DNA of 63,325 nt, the filler included, from Hausera hauseri (lineage: Eukaryota): the NCBI GenBank assembly GCA_046269625.1. It is 12 parts of 12 records of this genome, joined end to end, with 100 filler letters (N's around TTAATTAATTAA, not from the genome) between each part and the next. Parts side by side here need not be neighbours in the genome. Positions count along the whole stretch, not along the records: positions 1 to 5,328 come from JBJURY010278396.1; positions 5,429 to 9,482 come from JBJURY010791424.1; positions 9,583 to 13,596 come from JBJURY010818975.1; 9 more parts are not named here. One strand, 5' to 3'. Numbering within the stretch: the stretch's first letter is position 1; each line of letters begins with the position of its first letter. Below the pieces are notes generated by a model, which was not told where the DNA came from, made no database searches, and worked only from the letters and a program-made list of their open reading frames with translations. Both the position numbers and the translations under genes were made by a program. Of the stretch, positions 1 through 11,460 are shown piece after piece.

Positions 1-368
1 TTTACCCATAGCAATGTGAATTACATCAGTTTGGGTCGGAATGCGGATTTCGTTGAGACGTACAAACAAGACTTTGAATCTAATGATTTTGTTTTCACAT
101 ATATGCAATCCATTGTGCGAAACATGGGTTTGCTCAACAAAACATCAACAATGGCATGTCGATGGATTTATTCAAGTTCAACTATCCATTCTTCATCTTC
201 GTGCTGGCTCCGGATTATGACGTTGAACAGACTCAACTACCTCAGCAGAGAAACCTACGACTGGAGGTTCACTTTGCTAAAGCTTTGGAGCAATCTACCG
301 TGATGTACATTTACGATGTATTTGATGCCGAGGTTGAAATAGCGAAAAACGGAACCGTTATTGTATAA
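1..368 (+). pseudogene. Polinton/Maverick major capsid protein (double jelly-roll), C-terminal part, frameshifted near 140
   Basis: FTHSNVNYISL...QDF...Y..S...MG then NGMSMDLFKFNYPFFIFVLAPD...NLRLEVHFAKAL...YIYDVFDAEVEIAKNGTV matches the Polinton MCP C-terminal pattern (F.FDL.PD...LRLE..F..AL...VYAEF...IEI). It lies directly upstream of an adenain gene. Confidence 0.8.
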
Positions 369-454
369 ATAAAATATGCTGTGTCTGACTTCTTTGTCGT
401 CGTACTAGGAAGTAATTTATTATTACTATACTATTATAATTAATTCACATTTAG

Positions 455-812
455 CTCCACCGAGCTCAATCACTATGGAAAACTGCTCTTGGGCGTGAAA
501 TTTCGTGGCGTGTTTCCACTGGACCGTATGCCGCGTGATTTACGACAAACAGGCGGCTTTATTGTCAATACACACATTTCATCGTTGCCGGGCGAACATT
601 GGATTGCGGTGTACGTCCACCATCCGACCAACGTCGTCATAGTATTCGATCCGCTTGGATTTTACTATCCGTGATCGTTAGTTTCTCAAATTGAACGACA
701 ATCATTATCATCATACCGTGTTGAATATAATCGATTTCATTACCAACATTCAATGACTATACTATGTGAACATTACTGTTAAATATGTATTATTTTATTG
801 CTGTTTTTTTGA
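455..812 (+). pseudogene. Polinton adenain-like (Ulp1-fold) maturation cysteine protease
   Basis: FRGVFPLDRMP...FIVNTH.S..PGEHWIAVY...FDPLG, then past a stop at 672, YN...YQ...LCEHYC. The His/Asp/Gln/Cys catalytic motifs are present, with internal stops. Confidence 0.85.
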
Positions 813-926
813 ACAAATCATGCGAAACAATATGATATGTCACAATCATTCTTCTTGTGAGTTGTGAGTACTCAACCCTGAGCTTGTCGTCGATGTACAC
901 GACTTTTTACAAAACGAAACGAAACG

Positions 927-2077
927 AGATTTTGACTTTTTAACAATGCGTTTTTTCGTTCGTTCGTTCGTTTGGTTTCGTTGCACATTTTTCGCACCTC
1001 GATCCATTGGTCTGATCGTGAGGCGGCTATATGAAATGCTCAACTACTGATGGGCTGCGTTCTCAACCTATTTCCACAACCAGCAGACTTGAACAGTGGG
1101 AAATTTTTACTGTTTGAAATTTTCCCGTCAATTTTCTCAATGTTCAGACCTAGTTGAAATTGTGTGCATTCGATTCCCCGCCATCGGTTTGACATTTGCA
1201 CCGAACATTGCGCAATTCGTAACTCGTGTCTCGTTTCTCATGAAACATTTCCTGTTTTGCTTCTTTTGCTTTTAGCGCCGCCCAGTAACATTTTCAACTA
1301 TCACCGCGCTACAAAATTTTTCTCCATTCATCGAGCTCTACCGATTTCCATCGGTGACATGTGCGACATGTGACATGTACTTCCGACTGGGGGGATCTCC
1401 GACCAAAAAACATGAAATCCTCGGAATTGCGAGATAGGTGGGGAAAACTTGTTCCGAGGTCGATCTGAGCACTTTTGGAAAATGGAGTAGAAAGCTCACT
1501 TCTACCTACACTGATTTTGACTTAGACTTGTAACAATGCGTTTTTTTCGATTCGTTTGTTTGTTCGGTTGCCATTTTCACCTGGATAATTTCGCCTGATC
1601 GTGAGGAGGCTATATGAATTGCTTAACTACTGATGGGCTATGAGCTCCACCCATTTCCATCGCCGTTTGACTTGTGTAAGGGGAAATTTTCCCAGTTTGA
1701 AATCTTCCCATCGATTTTCCCCCATATTTCCATGGTCTGATTGAGTTGCAACCGTGTCCATTGGATTCGCCAACATTGATTTACCCTTAGTACACATTTT
1801 GTCAGTACTAGCAACACGGTTTTTTCCTGTTTTGCTTCTTTCTCTTCTAGCGCCTCTCCCTTACATTTCTGTAAGTCGCACCGCTATTAACGTTTGCTCA
1901 GCTTGTCACGCGCTATCGATATCACTCGTTCCAAAGTCCATTGCTGGACCTCCTTTTTGGCCGTGGTGGGGGTCATACGGAATTTTTAGTGAAATGTTCA
2001 GAATAGCCAATCAGGTGTGGAAAACTGGTCGGCTGGCCAATCAGAGAAGTGAGGTGGAACCCTCACTTCCCACTACT
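927..2077. repeat. Probable Polinton terminal region built from two ~580-bp tandem units, ending in ...ACTACT
   Basis: Shared blocks at 1012/1595 (ctgatcgtgagg.ggctatatgaa.tgct.aactactgatgggct) and 1248/1823 (tttcctgttttgcttctt). ACTACT at 2072-2077 is the canonical Polinton end (5'-AGTAGT). Confidence 0.6.
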
Positions 2078-2084
2078 AATGTTC

Positions 2085-2561
2085 TAGGCAACGATGCCGT
2101 TAGGCACCGTTGCTAAGCACATTTTTGCACATTTCACAAATCGATAGCTGCACATTACACAATTGATCGAATCGATCGGAGCAAAGTGCTAATCGATACT
2201 CACATCGATTGGTGCAGTGCAGGTGCACTGCATATGTGCAAGTGTGAAAAGTCAATAATATCGGATTTCCGGTAATTCCAATATTGATGATTGGCACGCG
2301 GCACCGGGAACAATCGAGTGCAAAATCGATTCTCTATACGAATGTACGATTATAATTTAAATCGATATATTGGTTTTCGATAAAATCCCAACTGAGACAG
2401 AACCATCACAGACCTTTCCGGTATGAAATAAATATCGATACTAACCATGTACTAGTCGTTAGTGCACCTGGTGCACTACCCATCGGGAAATTCTCGGGGC
2501 AACGGTGCCCTTGGGCACCATTGCCATGGCACTTTTCCACTTTTTACATATTTGTCGCTGT
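2085..2561. repeat. ~410-420-bp palindrome-rich tandem repeat family, copy 1
   Basis: Hairpin GCAACGRTGCC..GGCACCRTTGC at 2088-2113 and 2498-2525. Homologous to 4888-5328 (inverted) and 63120-63325. Confidence 0.8.
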
Positions 2562-3004
2562 ATGAAATCTGCGCCGCATACAGTCTCACATCCCGGACAT
2601 ATAATATTGGATCCTTTTGGAATTGTCCATAATACCGCTGCATTCTTTCGTGGCACTGTTGCGCATTATGTGCTTTGGATGTTCAATAAGCATAGGAACC
2701 GCACATATGATTTGTTTTTGGGACACTTGTTGTCATTGGCATATTATTGTTAAATATTTCTTTCTTCGATTTTGTGAATGAATCCAGATGCTGTTTATGC
2801 TGCTTGTAAAATTCCTCGTAACTAGTCCGGCACACTACCTCGCGTGCAGAACACAAAATTGAGTCCTGTTTTATTGTTATCAAAAATAATGCTGCATCAC
2901 ACTGGCAATTCTGCTCTTCATGTTTCTGCGCCATGCAAAATTTGTAGAAGTTGCAAATCTAAATAAATCAATTATTTGAGGATCACAAATAAAAAGCTCA
3001 CCAT
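2562..3004 (-). pseudogene. 5' fragment of a Cys/His-domain pPolB gene (two Cys/His units), truncated by the repeat array
   Basis: ATG|GTGAG at 3004-2997 and TTTAG|ATT TGC at 2958. Translation includes YEEFYKQHKQHLDSFTKSKKEI and YAY*TSKAHNAQQCHERMQRYYG...ICPGC, homologous to 26733-27139 and 42586-42987. Confidence 0.7.
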
Positions 3005-3399
3005 TCTTGGAAATGAATTTGGAAATAATGAAATACGTAGCCATTTCAACGTGCACTGTCTATTTTTTATTTGAATTTGATATTTGATACAGTAAAACAA
3101 AACACATTTAAGGAAAAATAAATAATTTTAATGGTAGGGTAAATTGGGCACTGCATATTGTTGCCAACATGTTGAACTTGTATTGCCATCGTATTGCATT
3201 TGTACATTTGTTTTAATGCATCAATTGCATGAACTTGTCACGTAATTTGATTAATTTAAACAAAACTCAAGGTAATGCACACATGCATGAATCCGTGATT
3301 ATGTATTTGCATTTGTCAACATACTGCATTTGTACGTTTGTTTTAATGCATCAAATAAATTAAATACACATCGGTACCAAATTTAAAATGAAGTTCTCA

Positions 3400-4810
3400 C
3401 ATGTGAGGTATCCAATTAAAGTCATCAGATTATTCCAATAACATACACTTTATCTATTTTTCCCTTTCGAATCGATAATTATTCGATTTGCAATAATGTA
3501 ATTGAATATCTAACATCGGATTCAGATTCCTCATACATGTTTTCCTATCTATACGCACTTAAAGATTTATCGATTCATGCACCTCTCACCTTGAAAATCA
3601 AGTTATTTAAAGCATGAATCACACCCACACGTGAAATTTTCAAATGTTATTTTACTAGGTAAAGATTCATTGAACATGGCCCATTTTAACAAGGTTTCCG
3701 CAGATGTAGAATCGATTAAAACCATCAGCTTCTTCGAATAATGCACACTTGTTCGAGTATTCGAGTTTGGATCGATAATTATTCGATTTCGAATAATGTA
3801 TTCGAATATCTGACATCGGATTCGGATTCCCCATGTATGGTTTCCTATCTGTCTGCGCTATTAGATTTATTGATTTCAGTGCGCTTCACATTCAAATCCA
3901 CACTTTAAGATTACCGAATTAATTAAAACAAATAAGCACCGTTTATTTATTACACAATTTTTAACATATTGACAAACCTTGTTTTCATCGACATCTGTGC
4001 ACTGCACCGCGCTAACTTTGATTCCCTCATATGTTTTCGCATATGCGGAATCTATTGAACTGATCATATTCTTCGAATAACGTATGCTTGATCGACTTTT
4101 CGAGTTCCAATCGATAATTATTCGATTTTGAATAATGTATTTGAATATCTAAAACAAGATTCAGATTCTCCATGTATGGATTCCTATCTGTCTACGCTTA
4201 AAGATTCATTGATTTCAGTGTGCTTCGCCTCCAATCTCATCCTCAATTGTGTAATTAAAATAAGCACCATTTAATTACTTAGTATTTTTATGTACTTTTA
4301 CCATAATGGAAAACCCTTGTTTTAATACACCTGCGGTGTACTACACCGAGCCAATATTGATCGCCCTATAGGTTTTTGCCATACTGGATTCAAGTGACAT
4401 CATCCGATTCTTCAAATAACGTATGCTTGACCGAGTTTTCGAGTTCGAATAGCTAAATATTCGACTTGGAAGCTCGAATTCGAATATCTAACACCAGATT
4501 CAGATTCAACATACATGACGTCCTATCTATGCCAGCTTATAAATTTATCGATTTCCGCTTCACTGGGCTTTAAATGCACATTTTGCTTAATTCGCAATAT
4601 TGATTTTGTACCTATATAGCACATTTTTATGGAATAACTTTAAAGCGCAAGGGGGCTTTCGCACATGCAGAATCGAATTCCATCGTCAGATTTTTCGAAA
4701 AGTTCGATATTTGAAGGGGAATTTTTTCGTAATTCGAATATTCGACTCGATATTCGAGATCTCAGCACTCGACTTCCTATCTCTCCCCGCTCAATGATTT
4801 ATTGAATTTT
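3400..4810. repeat. Diverged ~300-340-bp tandem repeat array (4-5 units)
   Basis: Core atcgataattattcgatt...gaatatct...gattcagattc...cctatct at 3471, 3771, 4110 and 4449, with a weak copy near 4720. Confidence 0.85.
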
Positions 4811-4887
4811 GCTTCCTTAGGGCAAATAAAACCTATGGCGGTTATGTCGCACTTGCATTTTGGGTCGATATTATTCGAACTCCATTC

Positions 4888-5328
4888 GATCGATTTAAAT
4901 TCTTATTGCAAATTCGTATAGTGCACCGTGTTTCCTATCGATCCCTCCAGGTGCCGGGTGGTAATCATCAATGTTGGAATTATCGGAAATCCGATATTAA
5001 TGATTTTACCACAGTTGCACATGTGCACGTTCATTACACCGCAGACAGGTCGATGCTCTATCCACCTGCACTTGGTTCCGATAGATTCGAGAATTCTTAG
5101 GGCGTACAGCAACAAATATGTGAAGTGTAAAAGTGCCATGGCAACGGTGCCCAAGGGCACCTCTCCCTAGAGAATTTGCCGATGTGTAGTGCACCGTATG
5201 CACTACCGACTAGTACTTGTCCCGGATCGAAATTATCGAATTTTATTTTATACTGGAAAGGCCTGTGGCGGTTCGCCCTCAGTTGGCATTTTATCGAAAA
5301 CCAATCCATCGATTTAAGTTCTAATTGC
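4888..5328. repeat. ~418-bp palindrome-rich repeat, inverted relative to 2085-2561
   Basis: 5108-5328 aligns to the reverse complement of ~2350-2561, and 4888-5097 to the reverse complement of ~2160-2365. The unit restarts (atcgatttaa) at 4890 and 5308. Confidence 0.85.
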
Positions 5329-5428
5329 NNNNNNNNNNNNNNNNNNNNNNNNNNNNNNNNNNNNNNNNNNNNTTAATTAATTAANNNNNNNNNNNNNNNN
5401 NNNNNNNNNNNNNNNNNNNNNNNNNNNN
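5329..5428. other. Artificial contig linker (first of 11)
   Basis: N44-TTAATTAATTAA-N44 (stops in all six frames). Identical linkers start at 9483, 13597, 18431, 23362, 27429, 32156, 41759, 47976, 53399 and 58361. Confidence 0.98.
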
Positions 5429-5429
5429 C

Positions 5430-8400
5430 CACTTGAACCAGTTTTAGAGGTCCAAAATGAAAATATTAATGGAGGCAAAAAAGCAGTATTCCCTCAACAA
5501 GCAAAAAACGTCAAGCATCAATAAGTCTTGACGAATACCTGCAAAGCAGCAATACGGAGCAGCAGCAGCAGCAGCAGCAGGAACCGCCCATTACTGTCAA
5601 GTACGATCTAAATAGATCGTACGTGGACATAAAAGTAAACATATCGGCGAGATCAGCAACTCAACTGAGGCATGTGCCCGCTCATGTGCTTAACCGGTTA
5701 GAAACCGAAGTGGAGAAATTCAAAAACCACAACTGCAAAGTGCAGTATTATGCACTTGCAGAATTTGAGAATATGCAGAGTGACAGGAAACAATGGTACC
5801 TGTCACATCGAGCAGTTCCATATTCCAAAGATTTCATTGCTGATATAGGCGAAAAGCTGGACGAAAAAATTGCCAACTACACCGAAAAGGGCAGTAGTTG
5901 GCGAATAATAAAAATCGTCACTCTCGGTTTTATTATAACAAAGTCGAGTGACATAATTTACCTGTCCGGACATTCATTGATACCGACACCTGAAGCTCTA
6001 AAGCACTCTTATGCGGTAGTGAATGTAAAAACACGGACGATGATTACTGTTTTATATACAGTATTCTGGCGGTATTAAAATATGATGAAGTGGACAGACA
6101 TAGTGCATATCGTCCAAATCAGTATCGGCAGTATTTCTCCGAATTACAATTCGACGAAAACTGGATGCCGATGAAACTAAGAACCATTCCAACATTTGAA
6201 CGGCGTAATCCAACGCTGTCAATCAACGTGTTCCGGTACAATGCAATAGTTGAAATATCTGCAGACGAAGAAATTTACAAGAATTCACATGTGGATATAA
6301 TCTATCAAAGTCGGAACCCGAATGGACGCACAGTAAATTTGTTATTGTTGGAGCAGGCAGAAAAATTTCATTATGTGGCCGTAACAAACTTGGACCGACT
6401 GTTGAACATGCACCACCATTAGTTCATCGAAAAGCGTATACGTTTTAAATGGTGGCCTCTATGTCGGCATGGTTTCAGATCAGAAACCACGTGGGAAAAA
6501 CATGTGACGTTGTGCAGACAAAATGCATCAGGAACAACAATATACGTCATGCCATTCCAAAAGGAGTTGCAATTTAGTGACTGGTCTAAAACGGACAGTC
6601 CAGCATATGTGGTATATGCTGATATTGAGGCAATCCTACCACAGCACGACATATACGATCAAAAACATGTTCCAATAGCCGTCAGAATGTTGGTTGTTCC
6701 AATAAAAGCTGCAGGTTAAATGCAGTATTACATGTTTTACGGCTGGGACTGTGTGCGTGATTTCCTGCATCATTTGGAAACAATAGTTGAGTCGGAAATC
6801 GCACCGTGGTATCGCAATAACAGCACAAACCCCTGATTTGGACAGATGGAGACGAACGCTTGACGTTTTCAATCACAGATGAATGTTATCTGTGCCACCA
6901 CAAAATATTACCGTTTGATGTACAGGAACGACTCGTACCGGATCACGACCATTTCACCTGTCAATACTTAGGAGCAGCATGCAACGCATGGAATTTAACG
7001 AAGCGTGTGCGGCCATTCCTACCGGTGATCTTTCGTAATTTCCGAGGTTATGATTGTCAGCATATACTGAAATGGGCCATCAGCGGATTTCCGCACTGGA
7101 AACTGTCCATAATCCCAACAACAATGGAGAAGTACCTGTCCCTATCGGCACGCATAAACCGGTTTCAGGTTCGATTTCTTGACTCATTGCAGTTCCTCAA
7201 TAGGTCTCTAGCAAAGCTCGTAAGTGCCTTGCCGAATGTGCCGATAACACTGACGCAGTTCCCTGCGCATATTGCACTCAGCAAAGGCATATTCCCATAC
7301 GACTTTGCTGTGTTATACGAGCGGCTTCAGGCAACAGAGAAATTGCCGCCACAATAGACCGGAATCACAGAGGACGAGTATCACAGAGCACAGGAAGTGT
7401 GGACAGAGCTTGGCTGCAGAAACATGTTTGAGTACATGCTCCAGTACATAAAACTGAACGTGTACTTGTTAGCCGACGTATTTCAAGTGTTTCGGGCTAA
7501 AGCGTTGGCGGAAGATAGGTTGGAACCGCTGAACTTTTACTCCATACCGAGAATGAGTTGGACATCAGCTGTAATGTCGCTTTATCGGGATATTGAGCTG
7601 CTGCAAGACCCGGAAATGTGCCGCTTGTTTGACGTCGGCATTTGTGGCTGCATGACGTTTGTCAACAAGCATCACGTAACCAGTGATGATAACACATCAA
7701 TGTTGTACATCGACATTAATAACCTGTACGGCTGGGCGCTTTTGCAACCATTGCCGTACGGTTCATTTGAATGGGTTGTCGAAAAACCGGAATTGGATGC
7801 ATTAATGGACAGTCTGACAGATTCAGCAGCAAACATGACAGAAAGCTGCTCAGACGGCTACCTAATGGAAGTTGATATCGTGGTACCCGATGAGCTGCCT
7901 GACGCTATTGACGAATTACCCGTGGCACCAATCAGCCAATGTCCACTTGGCGGCTCAACAAAAGTGAAGAAACTGCTTATAATGCATGAGCCGAAGCCGA
8001 ATTACGTGGTTCATTGGTGTCTTTTGCAGTTTTACATGCAGTTGGGTGTATACGTCACACATCTGCATTGTGCAATCCGCATTAATCAGGCGCCGAAATT
8101 TAAGTCGTACATCGATGGAAATTCCAGGAAACGAGCCGCAGCATGTACAAAATTCGAAAAGAACTATTACAAGTTCAAAAGCAATAACTGTACGGGAAAA
8201 CAGTGGAAAATCCGAAGAAGCGGCTCAATGTGCGCCAGTACAGCAACGAAAAGAGGCTGGTTACATACAACATCAAGGCTCATTTTAGGCGATCAATGCA
8301 CATTGCCGACAAATTAGTCGCAATGCTTCTCAACAGAGAAAAAGTAGTACTGGACCGTCCAAGCTACATCGGACAAGTAGTACTGGACTTGAGCAAGTTG

Positions 8401-8970
8401 CGAATGTACGAGCTGCAGTATCGCGACTTGGCACGTTATTGGCAAATATTCGGCGGCGGCGGCGGCTGTGAAATCAGTATCGTTGGCGGTAACAAAGATG
8501 GCTTTTTCTTGGAGCTGAAAAACATCGATGGGACCAGCTGCTCCGTCAAATGATGGCAGATAGACTACTGGACATGTCCAGCTACCCGCTGGATCATCCT
8601 CTGTACAGCAGTGCGATAAAAAACAAAATCGGCTGCTTCAAGAACGAAAGAGAAGGCCGAGTCCAGTACAGGAAATGGATATTTTGACGCCCAAAGTGCT
8701 ACATTCTTCTAACGGAATGTGGGCCAAAAATGCGCGCAAAAGGCGGAACAGACGGAACCAAGTCACGGTAATTATCACCGTGTCTATGATGGACATGAAA
8801 ACGGAAAAGGCGGAGGAAAGGCTGTTGTATCTCAAACGACCATACGATTGATTGAGCACCAGGTGTATACAATCACAAATAGAAAGGTTGCTTTGTCATG
8901 CAACGATGACAAGCGAAATTGGGTGGGGCGGAATAAGAGTTTGGCGTACGGACATTGGCGGTTGAAGCAA
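5430..8970 (+). pseudogene. Polinton protein-primed DNA polymerase B (TP-vOTU-exo/HNH-pol), lineage A, many stops and frameshifts
   Basis: KGSSW (TP end); VVNVK..D.YCFIYSILA and HYVAVTNLDRLL (vOTU-like); VVYADIEA (ExoI); DHDHFT.QYLGAACN..NL (EndoVII/HNH); NFRGYD (ExoII); YIDINNLYG (motif A); DRPSYIGQVVLDLSK; DDKR...AYGH. Confidence 0.92.
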
Positions 8971-8997
8971 AGCACATACATTGCACAGTCAGGCAGC

Positions 8998-9482
8998 TCA
9001 GACCAAATTGCAATCAATCAGACAGTCAGTACAATTTATAAAAACTATGACACTTATTGTCATTTCATTTGATGAATAATGTACATTTAATATATAAATG
9101 TGTACAATTTCCATTACAGTACATTTACATTCTGGACATTGGTGGGTTACCTTGGTGGTGGTGTTGGAACACATTTGACAAACAACGACATGACCGCATA
9201 TTAAGAATGCCGTATCCACTTTTCTTTGTTTACATAGGACACACATAAACTTACAGTCTCGTACTTTGTCCATTATTTTCGCTTTCAGGTTCCTTAATTC
9301 ACCGCGTACCCGTTTAACAGCATTAAAGTAATTTGTATCGTACAATCGGTGAATGTTCATTTGATTTAACACAATAATTAAATTTTCTATAGAGGTACAA
9401 TCTGTTGTTGTTGTTGTTGTCATCAATGCTATTGACGCTAAATCTTCTTTAAATCCAAAATCACTTGCTGCTCTCGCAACCA
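8998..9482 (-). CDS. IAP-like UBA + C3HC4 RING protein (5' end lost at contig edge; stop probably read through)
   Basis: VARAASDFGFKEDLASIAL...TSIENLIIVL (UBA-like) followed by CVLC...F..CGHVVVC.MC...CPEC...IVHIY (IAP/MDM2-type RING). Confidence 0.75.
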
Positions 9483-10036
9483 NNNNNNNNNNNNNNNNNN
9501 NNNNNNNNNNNNNNNNNNNNNNNNNNTTAATTAATTAANNNNNNNNNNNNNNNNNNNNNNNNNNNNNNNNNNNNNNNNNNNNCCCCACCACGGCTGTTCA
9601 ATGTTGCAATTCGATTCATGGTAATAACAAAATTAATTCTGCATTCATCTGAAACTTTTGTGTGTAAACCGTGCTTTCAATGGACAATTTTAATGACGTA
9701 GAATCGGGTCGAATGACAGTTGTTCAGTTTTGTCATTCGCCAGTCGATATTTCATTGCACGACAATCAAAACAATAATTCAGCAAATGAAAACAGTGACT
9801 GTGATATGCTTTTGAATAGGAGTTGGGAGTTAAATTTGGAACAAAGTGGTGAAAAAATGCCATTAAATATGACGTTGCAAAAATTGAAATTTCAAAATTC
9901 CGATTATTTCTCCAGTAATGCTGATGATTTAATTTGAATTTCCTGTGAATCAATGCGATTATTGATAGTGACAATATTCGGCAATGTGCTGATAAAAGTT
10001 TCATTAGTAAAAACGAAATGACAGTGGTAGCACTAC

Positions 10037-11460
10037 AATACCTCCCAGTAGGTGAGTTGAGAACTTGAAAGAAAAGATTGAAAGAAAGTTCTGAGGACAA
10101 ACAAAATTTGCCTAATAAGTTTTTGTGCGTACGAGACGTTGTACTCCTTGGTTGCTTAATTCTCTGCTATAGTTACTAAAAGTAACGGATTTGAGGCGTA
10201 CCTTCACTGTAGTGTCTGGCCGCTGGTAGGGTTTATCAAAAAGAATTTTAGTTTCCGTGCGATTGGATGTTGTTGCTGGGGAAAGTAATACTAAAGATGG
10301 AGGAGAAACGACTGTAGGTATATTATGCCCGTTTTCTGCGATAGATTTAGCATGGGACGAATTGAGAGGTGGTGTAGAAAAAGGCGAAAGTATGACAGTT
10401 GGGTGCGGATCAGAACTAGTGACGAAAGTAGGGGTAGATGGGAATGTCGAGATGGAGGCAGAGATGAAATTAGGAGGTGACAGTGTAGGCACATGGACGG
10501 TGGCAACGGATCGATGTTTGGTGGACTGGGGAATCGAAGTCTAGGTAGAGGTGATTATAGGTGTGAGGAATGAGGTTGATGCTTCCGTTGGTGAGGTATC
10601 GTCGACGTAAAAAGCAAGTTTTACGTTAGTGATATGCACTACAACTTCTTTTCCGTCTTTGAAGATAACAACATTATGTGAATGTAGTTGTATTGATTTA
10701 TATGGTCCTAAGTACTGTGGCTGGAAACCGTGAGGTGTCTGGTTTTTTAGCCATACAAATTTTGCTGAGTATAAGTCTTCGGGTATGTAAGATTTGTCAT
10801 TGTGTATGATCCTGCAAAACGAATTTTTGCTGATTGTAACAAAATGATCCTGTGCTGCTCGTATCCTCTCCTCTGTAGGAGTCTCCTCTAAAGCGGTTAA
10901 TTCGAACAATGATCGTACAAGAGTTCCGAATAATGCTTTAGTTGGTGAAGATCTTGTGGAAGTGGACGGAGTGTTCCACCAGCCAAGCAGGACGAACGGT
11001 AAAAGTGTAGTCCAATTGGTATTTGACTTCGCAAGAATTCGAAGTGATGTTTTCAAAGTTCGGTGGAAACGTTCGAGCAGGCCATTTAATTGGGTATGAT
11101 AGGGTGTAGTATGAATATGGTTTATACCTAATCGGTTGACTAGAGATCTAAACAGATTTTATTCGAATTGGGAGCCTTGATCCGAGATGATGTAATGAGG
11201 GGATCCGAATCTACTAATCCACGTATGGATAAAAGTATAGGCTATTGTGTGAGTGTTTGTTCTCCGCAGTGGAATGGCTTCTGGTCATCGTGAGGCACGG
11301 TCCATCATGGTCAGAATAAATTGGTGGCCGTTGTCTATTGGAAGAGGACCGACAATATCAATATGTACAGTTTCAAAACGTGATACGCATGGAAAGTGGT
11401 ATAATGGAGGTTTTAGATGTTTTATTGTTTTATATTTCTGACAAGGCACGCACTCTTTAA
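10037..11460 (-). mobile_element. Ty3/Gypsy integrase and 3' region, decayed
   Basis: VKECVPCQKYK...FETVHIDIVGPLP...PEAIPL...NGLLERFHRTLK...YLGPYK. A putative PPT (ctgggaggtat) is followed by TGTAG at 10037. Confidence 0.85.

Noticed and set aside
3400-4810. CRISPR-like repeat/spacer appearance of this array and of 59125-59465
   Set aside because: Units are too long or degenerate, the intervening segments are homologous to each other, there are no cas genes, and the context is eukaryotic.
1164-5376. Numerous 60-120-aa ORFs in the repeat regions (e.g. 1754-2116, 2505-2753, 4903-5309)
   Set aside because: They are chance ORFs in non-coding tandem or inverted repeats; their mutual similarity just reflects the DNA repeat.
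5430-8970. Alternative genetic code (TAA/TAG = Gln) to explain the many in-frame stops
   Set aside because: Stops align with Gln in some places (6420, 6717) but with Trp elsewhere (7355). Frameshifts are also frequent, and the 574-codon NFRKB exon has no internal TAA/TAG. Ordinary pseudogene decay explains it.
9583-10030. Host exon or Gypsy 3' LTR
   Set aside because: No second LTR copy or recognisable protein motif in the window to decide.
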